Source: Chloroflexota bacterium
GTDB taxonomy: Bacteria > Chloroflexota > UBA11872 > VXOZ01
Assembly: GCA_965221905.1 (NCBI GenBank)
Contig: OZ244922.1
Span: 2,148,845 to 2,212,844, forward strand
Direction: 5' to 3'
DNA: 64,000 bases
A program made the position numbers and the translations under genes. Each line of letters opens with the position of its first letter. Position 1 is the stretch's first letter. The notes under the pieces are model-generated. The model had not been told where the DNA came from. It did no database searches and saw only the letters and a program-made list of their open reading frames with translations. Positions 39,758 through 49,158 of this stretch are shown here, in pieces.

Positions 39758-41041
39758 ATGCAGGTAGATCTCGCATACGGCCGCACTGGACTCAAGGTTT
39801 CGCTTCCGGATGAGCGCGTGGATATTGTAGAGCCGGTCAATCTCTCTGGTGTCGCAGAGTCCTCCGCGGCTCTACGCGACGCACTGCGCAATCCAATTGG
39901 AACAAAACCGCTGTGTGAGATCGCTGGAGCGGAGGATACGGTCGCAATCGTGTTTTGCGACATTACGCGTCCGGCGCCGAATCAACTTATGATACCGGCA
40001 ATTCTGGCCGAACTCACGCACGTGCCCCGAGAAAACATCGTGCTCATCAATGCTACCGGCATGCATCGTCCCAACACCGAGGCTGAATTGTGCGAAATGT
40101 TGGGCGAGGATATTGTGGCCAAGTACCGCATTGTCAACCATGATTCAACGGATGCGTCCCAGTTGCGTTTCCTTGGAGAGACATCCTTTGGCGGCCCGGT
40201 GTGGATCAACACGCACTACCTCGACGCCTCGGTTCGCATACTCACCGGCTTCATCGAGCCGCACTTCTTTGCGGGCTTCAGTGGGGGCGCAAAGCTAATC
40301 TTGCCCGGCATTGCCGGGGCTGAATCGGTGATGCATAACCACAACGCGGAAATGATCGGTCATCCCAAAGCAACCTGGGGGCATCTGGAAGACAATCCCA
40401 TCCACTGCGAGCAGCGCGAGGCGGCCGCCCTATGCCCGCCCGATCTCAGCCTCAACGTGACGATCAACAAACGCAAAGAGATCACGGGCGTCTTTGCCGG
40501 CGAAATGGTCCAGGCACATGAAGCCGGTTGCGCGTTTGCGCGTCGCTCTGTCATGCGACCGGTAGCAGAGCCATACGACATCGTGATTACGACGAATAGC
40601 GGGTATCCCCTCGACCTAAACCTCTACCAAGCCGTGAAAGGCATGTCGGCTGCGTATCAGGTGGTGAAACAGGGAGGCGCAATCGTCATTGCGGCTGAAT
40701 GTGTGGAAGGCATAGGTCACGGGCATTTCGAGGACCTACTGCAGGAGCGGGAATCTCCCACCGCTTTGCTGGATCTGATCAACAGCCCAGGATTCTCCCG
40801 ATTCGATCAATGGGAAGCCCAGATCCTGGCGCAGATTCTCCTGAAGGCTGAAGTGCATCTATTTGCGGAAACTCTCTCAGACCGAGCCATACGCGATGCG
40901 CATCTAATCCCATGCCGCTCGATAGAAGAAACAGTGGCCGCGCTGCAAGAGAGATACGGGCCAAGTGCGAGCATTTGTGTGCTGCCTATGGGGCCTCTGA
41001 CCATACCCTACGTTGCGGAACCGGCAGTGGCTGCGGTCTAG
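39758..41041 (+). CDS. larA: Lactate racemase-like protein (LarA family, nickel-pincer cofactor-dependent)
   Basis: LarA N-terminal (DUF2088-like) and C-terminal domain pattern, including NATGMHRPNT and conserved His/Lys positions. GAAAGAGGG ribosome-binding site upstream. Confidence 0.65.
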   Translation: MQVDLAYGRTGLKVSLPDERVDIVEPVNLSGVAESSAALRDALRNPIGTKPLCEIAGAEDTVAIVFCDITRPAPNQLMIPAILAELTHVPRENIVLINATGMHRPNTEAELCEMLGEDIVAKYRIVNHDSTDASQLRFLGETSFGGPVWINTHYLDASVRILTGFIEPHFFAGFSGGAKLILPGIAGAESVMHNHNAEMIGHPKATWGHLEDNPIHCEQREAAALCPPDLSLNVTINKRKEITGVFAGEMVQAHEAGCAFARRSVMRPVAEPYDIVITTNSGYPLDLNLYQAVKGMSAAYQVVKQGGAIVIAAECVEGIGHGHFEDLLQERESPTALLDLINSPGFSRFDQWEAQILAQILLKAEVHLFAETLSDRAIRDAHLIPCRSIEETVAALQERYGPSASICVLPMGPLTIPYVAEPAVAAV

Positions 41042-41069
41042 GGCACTCTAGAGTGGGTCCTGAGAAGTG

Positions 41070-42221
41070 TTAGACCCTGCGTCTCGCGCCGCTGTATCCT
41101 TCCGATTCGAGCGCCGTTGAGGGCGGAGCCAGGCGGGCCCCAGGGTCCACGTCAAGAGACATATCTGAAACCAGCCCTTGTTGGAGACGGTAGAAGCCGC
41201 ATGCGCCGATCATGGCGGCGTTATCAGTGCAGAACGCAAGATCGGGAATCCGCACCGGCACCGGCGTATGGGCAAGTATCTCTTCGCGCAAGAGACTATT
41301 GGCTGCCACGCCACCAACAACGAGTATAATCTTGACCTTGAACTCTCTGGCCGCTTCCACGGTCTTTGCAACCAATACGTCCGCCACAGACTGTTGGAAG
41401 CTGGCTGCAATCTGGGCCACATAGAGCGGCACGTCCCTATTCACAATGCCTCCGGGAGCTGCCAGCAGTGGATCAGAAAGGTCTTGGTCCTTCATACGAC
41501 TTTGCATGTAGCGCAAGACGGCGGTCTTCAGGCCGCTAAAGCTGAACTCGTAGGTTCCTTGCATCCAGGCTCGGGGCAAGTCCACCATATTGCGCCGTCC
41601 CCGTAACCCATAACGCGACAATTGCTCAGCGGCCAATTGCACCGACGGCCCGCCCGGATAGGGCAGCCCCAGAATGCGTCCCACTTTATCAAATGCCTCT
41701 CCCGCGGCGTCATCGCGCGTGGCGCCAATCAGGCCGTAGTCTCCGTGCCCGCGCATAAGCACAAGCTCCGTATGTCCGCCGGATACCACCAGCGCAAGCA
41801 AGGGAAACTGCGGCTCATCTTCCGGCACGTTGCGGCGCGCTCGGCGCGAGCGTGAGAGCCATGCAGCGTAAACATGACCTTCAAGATGGTTCACGCCAAT
41901 GAAAGGAACACCTAACGAAAACGCTAGGGACTTGGCAAAATTCACACCTACCAGGAGTGCACCCGCCAGACCGGGCCCATAGGTGACCGCTATCCCGTCA
42001 ATCTCTTCCCATACTACGTCCGCCGCAGCCAGAGCCTCAGTTACGACCGGCAAAATAGCTCTTAAATGCTGCCGCGAGGCTAACTCAGGGACAACACCGC
42101 CGTATTTCTGATGAATCTCGACCTGCGAAGCTACAATGTTGGAATGGACGTAACGACCGTCTTCAACAATCGCTGCGGCAGTTTCATCACACGAGGTCTC
42201 AATCGCGAGCAGAGTTGTCAA
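41070..42221 (-). CDS. tsaD: tRNA N6-adenosine threonylcarbamoyltransferase TsaD
   Basis: Kae1/TsaD family, with LAIETSCDETAAAIV and the metal-binding HxxxH (HLEGH). Confidence 0.9.
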   Translation of the reverse strand: MTTLLAIETSCDETAAAIVEDGRYVHSNIVASQVEIHQKYGGVVPELASRQHLRAILPVVTEALAAADVVWEEIDGIAVTYGPGLAGALLVGVNFAKSLAFSLGVPFIGVNHLEGHVYAAWLSRSRRARRNVPEDEPQFPLLALVVSGGHTELVLMRGHGDYGLIGATRDDAAGEAFDKVGRILGLPYPGGPSVQLAAEQLSRYGLRGRRNMVDLPRAWMQGTYEFSFSGLKTAVLRYMQSRMKDQDLSDPLLAAPGGIVNRDVPLYVAQIAASFQQSVADVLVAKTVEAAREFKVKIILVVGGVAANSLLREEILAHTPVPVRIPDLAFCTDNAAMIGACGFYRLQQGLVSDMSLDVDPGARLAPPSTALESEGYSGARRRV

Positions 42222-42939
42222 GGAAACCTCCTGTTTCAGGGTATGTGGTTGCCCAAGAGTGCTTCTGCCTGAGGCCTGCCACCCGCTCCTGAAACATGCT
42301 CTGAAAAGTATCCACGTTTATGTCTTCACTCCACATCACCAATGCATCTTCTTGGTTATCGCTGTAGTATCGCGGTCGAATGCCTGTGGAGCGGAACGAA
42401 TATTTCTTATACAATGAGCGCGCCAAACCGTTGGAAACGCGGACCTCTAAGGTCACCCAGCGCGCCGCAAGGCCGATGGCTATGTCGATGAGTGCCGTGA
42501 GCATAAGTTCGCCGATGTTTTGGCCGCGTACGTCCGGTCGAGACGCAATAGTAGTAATGTGCGCCTCATCCACCATGAGCCACAGCCCGCCATATGCTAC
42601 TAAAGTCGGCTTTCCGTAACGCCACTCCATTTCGCGCTCTTTGTCCACAGACGGAAAGAGAGAGAGTGGAAATGGTTTTGGCCTCTTAAGACTCGATGGA
42701 GTTCCTTGATTATCCTTCCTTGCATCCGCGACCGCATCCAAGTCGCGTATGACTAAGTACCGCGCAAGTTTGTTTTCCACTATTTCCCGGCGATAGGCGT
42801 TGCGCGGCCAAGGCAAGGTGAACGAGGCTTCTTCGATTCCGCGAATCTCGGCCATGTCCTCCAATGACATTGGCTCAATCCGCAGGTTCATCGGGTGGGG
42901 CTCGGGGCGCCCGTCGTAGATAGCTTTAGGTTGTTCCAT
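42199..42939 (-). CDS. rimI: GNAT acetyltransferase RimI-like, with terminal extensions and a low-complexity insertion
   Basis: GNAT motifs, position between tsaB and tsaD, and a 23-nt overlap with the tsaD start. Confidence 0.6.
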   Translation of the reverse strand: MEQPKAIYDGRPEPHPMNLRIEPMSLEDMAEIRGIEEASFTLPWPRNAYRREIVENKLARYLVIRDLDAVADARKDNQGTPSSLKRPKPFPLSLFPSVDKEREMEWRYGKPTLVAYGGLWLMVDEAHITTIASRPDVRGQNIGELMLTALIDIAIGLAARWVTLEVRVSNGLARSLYKKYSFRSTGIRPRYYSDNQEDALVMWSEDINVDTFQSMFQERVAGLRQKHSWATTYPETGGFLDNSARD

Positions 42940-43173
42940 TTCACCACTCAGAAGTGCGACCTAATCATTGGTTGGGATGGCTAGGAACCTTAGTTGCATT
43001 GCTGTGTCACTCCCCGCAAGGAAGATCGACCCGATACGGTTCTATCGCCGTTGCGTTGGCTATTTCTCCGATTGACAGGCAACAGCCTAGACCACTGACA
43101 ACTACCCCAACTCTTTTGCTTCTTTCGCTCCCTTAACGCTGTCGCTGCAGCCCGAAGATCACCGTCTGTCCGG

Positions 43174-43974
43174 CTAGGGAGCCGGTTCGCCATCCATCGG
43201 GTTAATCCGGTGACGCGGCACTTTGGCTGCAGGACGCCGCAAGTATTCAGGCTCGGCTGTGAGCGGGTCTACTGTCCCGCCCTTTGCAAGATAATCAGCT
43301 CCAAGTACAGCAACTGCCCCTGCTCGGCGAACACTGAAGAGGCCGGAGGGGAAGACGAGCAGCTTTTTTGTAACATTTTCCTCAAGCTGCCCTCGGAGCT
43401 CCGGCGATATTTCTCCACAGATAATCGTCCGCTTCACAATTCTCTTGGATATGTCGGATACTCCCAGAATTGCAAAGTCCTCGAGGCGACGCCAATTCTT
43501 ACCGACTGAGCGATACCAGCCTACGTAGTATTCGCCGCGTCCGGCCCCAAGCAATGCGCAAACGTGAGCATTGGACTTTTGCAGGTGAGGAAAGGCGACA
43601 GCATCCAAGGTGGACACGGTCACGAGCGGCACACCCAGTGTCATGCAAAAGCCCTTTGCCGTTGCCATGCCCACACGCAAACCCGAAAACGAGCCAGGTC
43701 CCGAGACAACAGCTACCGCGCTAATTGGGATTTTACTCCGGGTAACGGCATGGAAACCCTGCACCGATGCAGCCCTTGCATCATCTGCAATGGGCGCTGG
43801 GGAGTCGGGCGCTTCGCCACTGCCGGCAATCATCGACCAAAGCCAGCTTATGCTCTCCATGAGCTGCTCGGTAGCATGGAACCCCGCAACCCAGTTGATT
43901 TCTCCCAAGATACGTTCGTTAGCGAAAAATGCCACACCAAGTTGACGGGTAGACGTATCAATTGCCAAAAGCAT
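43174..43974 (-). CDS. tsaB: tRNA threonylcarbamoyladenosine biosynthesis protein TsaB
   Basis: YeaZ-like inactive Kae1 paralog, MLLAIDTSTRQLGVA. Confidence 0.8.
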   Translation of the reverse strand: MLLAIDTSTRQLGVAFFANERILGEINWVAGFHATEQLMESISWLWSMIAGSGEAPDSPAPIADDARAASVQGFHAVTRSKIPISAVAVVSGPGSFSGLRVGMATAKGFCMTLGVPLVTVSTLDAVAFPHLQKSNAHVCALLGAGRGEYYVGWYRSVGKNWRRLEDFAILGVSDISKRIVKRTIICGEISPELRGQLEENVTKKLLVFPSGLFSVRRAGAVAVLGADYLAKGGTVDPLTAEPEYLRRPAAKVPRHRINPMDGEPAP

Positions 43975-43998
43975 TGCAAAAAACTTATACCTGTTTAA

Positions 43999-44499
43999 CT
44001 AAAATCCGAACGCTAGCCTGCGATACTCGTGAAGAACTTCCTGAAAACGGTCGCCTTCCGATTCAAAGTGCAGTTCCCGCTTTGTATCCGTCATAATTTC
44101 AATATTTATGAGTAGCCAATTTTCCGGCAAAAAGTCTCGCACTTTGCGGGCCCATTCAATCACACAAATGCCATCACCTTCAAGATATTCTTCAAGCCCC
44201 AAACTCCACAAGGAGTCGTCTGAGCCGACGCGGTAGAGATCGATGTGATAGAAAGGAAACTTGCCGGACTGATATTCTTTGATAAGCGTATAGGAGGGAC
44301 TGGTAACGTGCTCCTTTACCTCCAAGCCAAGAGCGACACCTTGCGCAAATACCGTCTTGCCTGAGCCCATAGTGCCTTCAAGCAGGACAACACTGCCAGG
44401 CTTAACCAGCGTTCCCAGCCGCAGACCTAGGCGCTGGGTCTGCGTTTCACTGTGACTAATGCAATCGAGCTTCTGTTCCACACCTTTACTGGTAGACAC
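43999..44499 (-). CDS. tsaE: tRNA threonylcarbamoyladenosine biosynthesis ATPase TsaE
   Basis: P-loop GTMGSGKT and YjeE family size. Confidence 0.8.
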   Translation of the reverse strand: MSTSKGVEQKLDCISHSETQTQRLGLRLGTLVKPGSVVLLEGTMGSGKTVFAQGVALGLEVKEHVTSPSYTLIKEYQSGKFPFYHIDLYRVGSDDSLWSLGLEEYLEGDGICVIEWARKVRDFLPENWLLINIEIMTDTKRELHFESEGDRFQEVLHEYRRLAFGF

Positions 44500-44511
44500 A
44501 AGTGTACCCCT

Positions 44512-45537
44512 TCAATGGGCGGGAGGAAGAACCCCGGCATTGCCAAAATGGTCGTATCCTCTATGGGGAATTGGCAACACTTTGCCACCCTCATCGCACA
44601 CAGCAACCTCTCCGCTCTCACCAGCTACGATTCTACCGATAACTGTGCTTTGTACGAACCCCTCCGCTGCCAAGTAGCTCTGCGCCCGTTGCATCGTGTC
44701 TGGCGGCGCGGTAAACAACAATTCAAAGTCCTCGCCGCCGCCTATGGCCCGTGTACGAAAGGAACCTCCCAGCACTTTTGGGAGTTCCGGGTCGGTAGGG
44801 ACACTTGAAAGCATGATCTCCGCACTCACCCCGCTAGTTGCACAGAGCTTCTGCAAGTCTGCTACCAAACCGTCACTAATATCCATGCCACACCGCACTC
44901 CGGCTTCGATAAGCGCCCGGCCTTCGCGCAACCGCGGGACCGGCCGCCGCTGCGCAGATTTGAACCGTGCCCCATAATCCGTACCGCGGCTTTCGCCTTG
45001 CTCAAGGAGCACCAGCCCCGCTGCCGCGTTTCCCAAGACTCCTGTAACGGCTACCTGATCGCCAACTTGTGCGGTGGAACGCCGGAGAGTGCGCTCTCGA
45101 CTCTCCACTTCTCCAATCACCGCCACATTTATTGTCACCTGCGCGCTCGAAGATAGATCCCCGCCAACGATTGGAGTTTCTGCATCTTCAGCCAACAGTG
45201 ACATACCCCGGTAAAACGCTGAAACGTCCGAAGCCTTGACTCCCGGTGGCAAACAAAGGGTAACGAGCGCTCCGCGCGGTACACCACCCATTGCTGCAAT
45301 GTCGCTAAGATTTACAGCGAGCGCTTTCCATCCAATGTCTTCCCAACTAAACGTGCGCAGCCGAAAATCGACATCCTCCACAAGGGCGTCAGTGGTGGCG
45401 ATTATCCATCCTTCGCCCTGCCGCCACAAAGCCGCATCGTCCTGAAAGCCCAACGCCATGTCCGGTGACGTGAATACTTTCTCCGCAATACGGCCAATGA
45501 GCCCAAGCTCACCTATATCCTCAAGCGTCTCAGCCAT
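44512..45537 (-). CDS. thiL: Thiamine-monophosphate kinase
   Basis: AIR-synthase-related fold, with LIGRIAE...GFQDDAAL. Confidence 0.8.
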   Translation of the reverse strand: MAETLEDIGELGLIGRIAEKVFTSPDMALGFQDDAALWRQGEGWIIATTDALVEDVDFRLRTFSWEDIGWKALAVNLSDIAAMGGVPRGALVTLCLPPGVKASDVSAFYRGMSLLAEDAETPIVGGDLSSSAQVTINVAVIGEVESRERTLRRSTAQVGDQVAVTGVLGNAAAGLVLLEQGESRGTDYGARFKSAQRRPVPRLREGRALIEAGVRCGMDISDGLVADLQKLCATSGVSAEIMLSSVPTDPELPKVLGGSFRTRAIGGGEDFELLFTAPPDTMQRAQSYLAAEGFVQSTVIGRIVAGESGEVAVCDEGGKVLPIPHRGYDHFGNAGVLPPAH

Positions 45538-46056
45538 TCTTCCTCGCCATGTATACAGCCGAGTTCAGAATAGCAGGCATGCCGAGCACGGGCAAATCGC
45601 AGGCGAATTGATGGCGCATCTATGGTGTCGTACAAGCTTGCTCGCGAACACCTGCACGCAACGTTCCTATTGAGCGAAAGGACAACCATCGTATCCGCTT
45701 AGCGATTTCGCGCCTCAGTGTGACCACGTATGCTACCATTCTCACAGTTTGGCGCGGTACGGGACACTTTGGGCATGTTGGTAAAGGGCGCTCTGCTGAC
45801 GGCGAAAAGGTGGACGAAACATCCGGCGAGCAAGAGCGCAATAATCTCGGATCGCCCGCCAGTAGACAGATGCGCCCGGTAGCAATCACGAGTATTGCTC
45901 GAAGTTTCCAGGTTCTTGAGCCGACGTTTAGTATCCAGTCGGTGGATGTCCGAACGACTGTCTAGCGGGCGGGAAGCAGACTGTCTGGCCGCTATTCTAG
46001 GGGTTGTCCAGTTGCTGCTTATGTAAATTAGTAAGTAAAGGAAAGGGAATTCGCCA

Positions 46057-47163
46057 ATGGCAGAAGCATTGAGAAAATGGTTACGGGAAGAAATACGCAG
46101 CCTGGCGGGTTTGCATGGCCCCTCCGGTCGTGAGCAAGCAGTCGTTGCCGCCCTGGCCGAGCGCTTGCGCCCGCTCGCGGAATCGGTTCACATAGACCAA
46201 ATGGGCAACGTTTTCGCAAATTGTGGAGGGCCGGCGGACGCGCCCCTGATACTGTTGGACGCTCATGCGGATGAAATCGGCTGCCTCGTGCGCAGTATTG
46301 AGCCGGAGGGCTTCTTACGCATTTTCAAGGTAGGCGGCATCCTTGACGGCCTGCTCACTGGGCGCAAGGTCTCAGTAAACGGCCTGCGGGGCGTGATCGG
46401 AGTGAAGGCCGGGCACCTGCAGTCACAGGAAGAACAGCGCACAGTCGTGCCGGTAAAGGATCTTTACGTAGACATTGGGTTCTCTTCTGCTGAAGAGGTA
46501 AGGCAAGCGGGAATTGCTGTCGGCGACCCGGTGACGTACGTCAGTGAAGTCGAGGAATTAGCGAATCCAAACCGCCTCTGCGGCAAAGCAATTGATAACC
46601 GCGCCGGCTGCGCGGTGTTGCTCAAGGCAATCGAGCTACTAACGAAGGATTCTCTTCCCTTCCGTCTCGTAGCTCAGTTTACGGTGCAAGAGGAGACGGG
46701 ACTACACGGCGCCGGACCGGCGGCGTTCAATTTCGAACCCCACCTTGCGATTGCGATCGACACCGTGCCTTGCGGCGATACGCCCGACGTGAAGTTCCAT
46801 AGCGAGCTTCCCATCGCCCTGGGAAGAGGACCGGTGATCCAGGCCGCAAGCAGCAGCTTATACGGAGGCATGATTACACCCGAAGCGGTGCTGGCTTTCG
46901 CAGTACGCACTGCCAAGCAGATTGGAATTCCGTATCAGGAAGCAATCCTCGAAGGCGGAAGCACCAACGCAACTGCCATTCACTACTCTCGGAACGGCAT
47001 CCCGGCAATCGCGATCACAATTCCCCGTCGTTACTCGCACTCGCCCATAGAGGTGGTCGATTTAAACGACGTCACGGCCACGCTGCAACTTGTGGTAGTA
47101 ATGGCACAGAAGGCTGACAGAGAAGGCTTTGCATTTGTCTCTAGCGGGCCGAAGACGGGCTAG
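46057..47163 (+). CDS. M42 family metallopeptidase (glutamyl aminopeptidase/FrvX-like)
   Basis: M42 family length and motifs, including conserved metal-binding His/Asp/Glu positions. Confidence 0.7.
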   Translation: MAEALRKWLREEIRSLAGLHGPSGREQAVVAALAERLRPLAESVHIDQMGNVFANCGGPADAPLILLDAHADEIGCLVRSIEPEGFLRIFKVGGILDGLLTGRKVSVNGLRGVIGVKAGHLQSQEEQRTVVPVKDLYVDIGFSSAEEVRQAGIAVGDPVTYVSEVEELANPNRLCGKAIDNRAGCAVLLKAIELLTKDSLPFRLVAQFTVQEETGLHGAGPAAFNFEPHLAIAIDTVPCGDTPDVKFHSELPIALGRGPVIQAASSSLYGGMITPEAVLAFAVRTAKQIGIPYQEAILEGGSTNATAIHYSRNGIPAIAITIPRRYSHSPIEVVDLNDVTATLQLVVVMAQKADREGFAFVSSGPKTG

Positions 47164-47987
47164 TCCTGCCCGGAGGCATTGCCTGGCGCCCCGTGTGTAG
47201 GAGTGGCCCCGCGCCAAAAGTGATTGACTGGGCTATGGCCGGACCCGATGGAATAGGAGTGTCGCAGCGCTCCCGTCAAGTATTCCTTTGCCTCACCTAC
47301 GGCGTCAGGAAGAGAGAGACCCCGTGCCAGGTAGGCGGCGATGGCAGACGCCAGCGTGCAGCCTGTGCCGTGGTCGTTGCGCGTGATTACCCTTTCCTTC
47401 TCAAACGTGTAGTAGTTTGTGCCGTCGAATAGCACGTCACGCGCGGAACCGGCAGCGTGTCCGCCTTTGATAAGTGCCGCTCGGCACCCCAATCCAACGA
47501 TCGCCTGCGCTGCCTGGCGCATTTCACGCTCCTCTCGCACCGGCGTGTCGAGCAGCCGTTCCACTTCAGGCAGATTGGGTGTGACGACAGTGGCGAGAGG
47601 GAAAAGCGTCTCGCGGTAGGCGGCAACCGCAGTATCGTCCACAAGCGGATCGCCGCTCTTTGCGGTCATCACCGGATCCACCACAAGCGCCTGTGGGATG
47701 TCTGCTTTCATCGAATCCGCAACCACGTTGATGATCTCGGCGTTGGCCAGCATCCCGGTCTTGATCGCATCGGCGCCAATGTCCGACCGCACCGAGTCTA
47801 TCTGCGCCACCACCAGCGCGGGGGGCAATGCCATCCAATCTTGCACGCCGCAGGTGTTTTGGGCAGTAACGGCGGTCACCACAGTACTACCGTAGACGCC
47901 AAGCGCACTGAAGGTCTTCAAGTCCGCCTGCAATCCGGCGCCTGCTCCAGAATCTGAACCCGCAATGGTCAGGACACGCTTCGCCAT
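47160..47987 (-). CDS. thiD: Hydroxymethylpyrimidine/phosphomethylpyrimidine kinase
   Basis: VLTIAGSDSGAGAGLQADLKT. Start taken at MAKRV (GGAGG ribosome-binding site 6 nt upstream) rather than at the upstream in-frame M. Confidence 0.8.
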   Translation of the reverse strand: MAKRVLTIAGSDSGAGAGLQADLKTFSALGVYGSTVVTAVTAQNTCGVQDWMALPPALVVAQIDSVRSDIGADAIKTGMLANAEIINVVADSMKADIPQALVVDPVMTAKSGDPLVDDTAVAAYRETLFPLATVVTPNLPEVERLLDTPVREEREMRQAAQAIVGLGCRAALIKGGHAAGSARDVLFDGTNYYTFEKERVITRNDHGTGCTLASAIAAYLARGLSLPDAVGEAKEYLTGALRHSYSIGSGHSPVNHFWRGATPTHGAPGNASGQD

Positions 47988-48394
47988 TGTTTCCTCCGCA
48001 CTATTGCGCAATCTTGCGCAACCACTGTCATCCCTCGCTCACGCGCCGCAGCAATCGCAGTATCGGATTCCGAACCCGGTTGCATCCACACATTCAGGAT
48101 TCCCAGCGCAAAACACGTTTCGACGGTCTGCTCGGTTACGGCGGGAGGCACCACCGTCACGACAACATCGGGCCTTTTAGGCAGGTCTGCCAGGGCGGAA
48201 AACAGCTCATCTCCTGCCACGACACCGCCCTTCGGATTCACGCCCTGCACCTGATACCCCGATTCAAGCAATGCCAGAAACACACGGTGACCGAATTTAA
48301 GCGGATCATGAGAAACGCCTACCACGGCCCACGAGCGCAGATTGATAAGCCTCGACACGCTTGCTTCATGATCCGACGTAGACCGGACAGTCAT
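47969..48394 (-). CDS. CoA-binding domain protein
   Basis: The Rossmann-like CoA-binding domain pattern WAVVGVSHDPLKFGHRV. Its 3' end overlaps the thiD start by about 19 nt. Confidence 0.6.
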   Translation of the reverse strand: MTVRSTSDHEASVSRLINLRSWAVVGVSHDPLKFGHRVFLALLESGYQVQGVNPKGGVVAGDELFSALADLPKRPDVVVTVVPPAVTEQTVETCFALGILNVWMQPGSESDTAIAAARERGMTVVAQDCAIVRRKQWRSVS

Positions 48395-48646
48395 TGCACT
48401 CTACCCAACTCCACCGATAAATCTTCCAAGACGAACCCACCGGCTCGAATGCGCCGAAGAAGCCGACCTCACTCAGATTACGACTTCTAAATGGCAAAGG
48501 TCGAAAGAGCCCCATCTATTGCAGTATCGGAAGTGCCCGGCCGTCCTCATCGAAACGACAATATAACCGAATGAGTGTGTCCTTACGTTGCCCTGGAATA
48601 GTCCCCGCAAGCTCTCCAGTTAGCGACAAGCCCGCTCGCTCGAACC

Positions 48647-48991
48647 CTACCGCACGTCCTCGCGGAACTTCTCAATGCGTGATAACTGGCAGGTCAACCA
48701 AACGTCTTTAGGCATGATGGGGTGGGCATATGCCGTTATCACTGTCTCACCTGAACCCTCTAAACGGTCAAGGAGACCTGTAAATTCCAATTCCAGAAAG
48801 GCCAACGTGAGTTTCGCCCTTGGCAACGTAGCAAGTCTCGCCTGCAGCAGCACAATGTTGGATTCTACAACATCAAAGGGCTCGTAGATGTGTCCGAATG
48901 CAAGAGAAGGATCATTGATCAGCCGCTGGGTGGTCCGTCGGAAAGCTGGTCGTGCCACTAATACCTTCTCTCTTCCAAGACCTATCGACAC
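48647..48991 (-). CDS. Hypothetical protein (114 aa)
   Basis: ORF only; no recognisable motif. Confidence 0.3.
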   Translation of the reverse strand: MSIGLGREKVLVARPAFRRTTQRLINDPSLAFGHIYEPFDVVESNIVLLQARLATLPRAKLTLAFLELEFTGLLDRLEGSGETVITAYAHPIMPKDVWLTCQLSRIEKFREDVR

Positions 48992-49047
48992 GCGGTCCCA
49001 TCGCCTCTACTGATCACAGAAGTCCAATTAGCTAACCTGCTGCATCG

Positions 49048-49076
49048 TTGACACGTGGCTGGCTCCAGTATACTAT
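49048..49076 (+). promoter_or_regulatory. Sigma-70-like promoter for dnaN (TTGACA-N17-TACTAT)
   Basis: Consensus -35 and near-consensus -10 about 83 nt upstream of the GTG start. A 7-bp stem hairpin (CCGCCAA-GGAAAT-TTGGCGG) at 49089-49108 falls in the predicted 5'UTR. Confidence 0.5.
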
Positions 49077-49158
49077 GGGCTACACAGGCCGCCAAGGAAA
49101 TTTGGCGGCGGTCTAGTTTTGTCAATATATATCGAAGTACGTATGCGGAGCGCGATTA

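Noticed and set aside
45538-46056. TPP riboswitch upstream of thiL, or RNase P/tmRNA/SRP RNA, in the 519-bp gap
   Set aside because: No CUGAGA...ACCUGAUCUGGAUAAUGCCAGCG core, and no RNase P, tmRNA or SRP conserved boxes found by eye on either strand.
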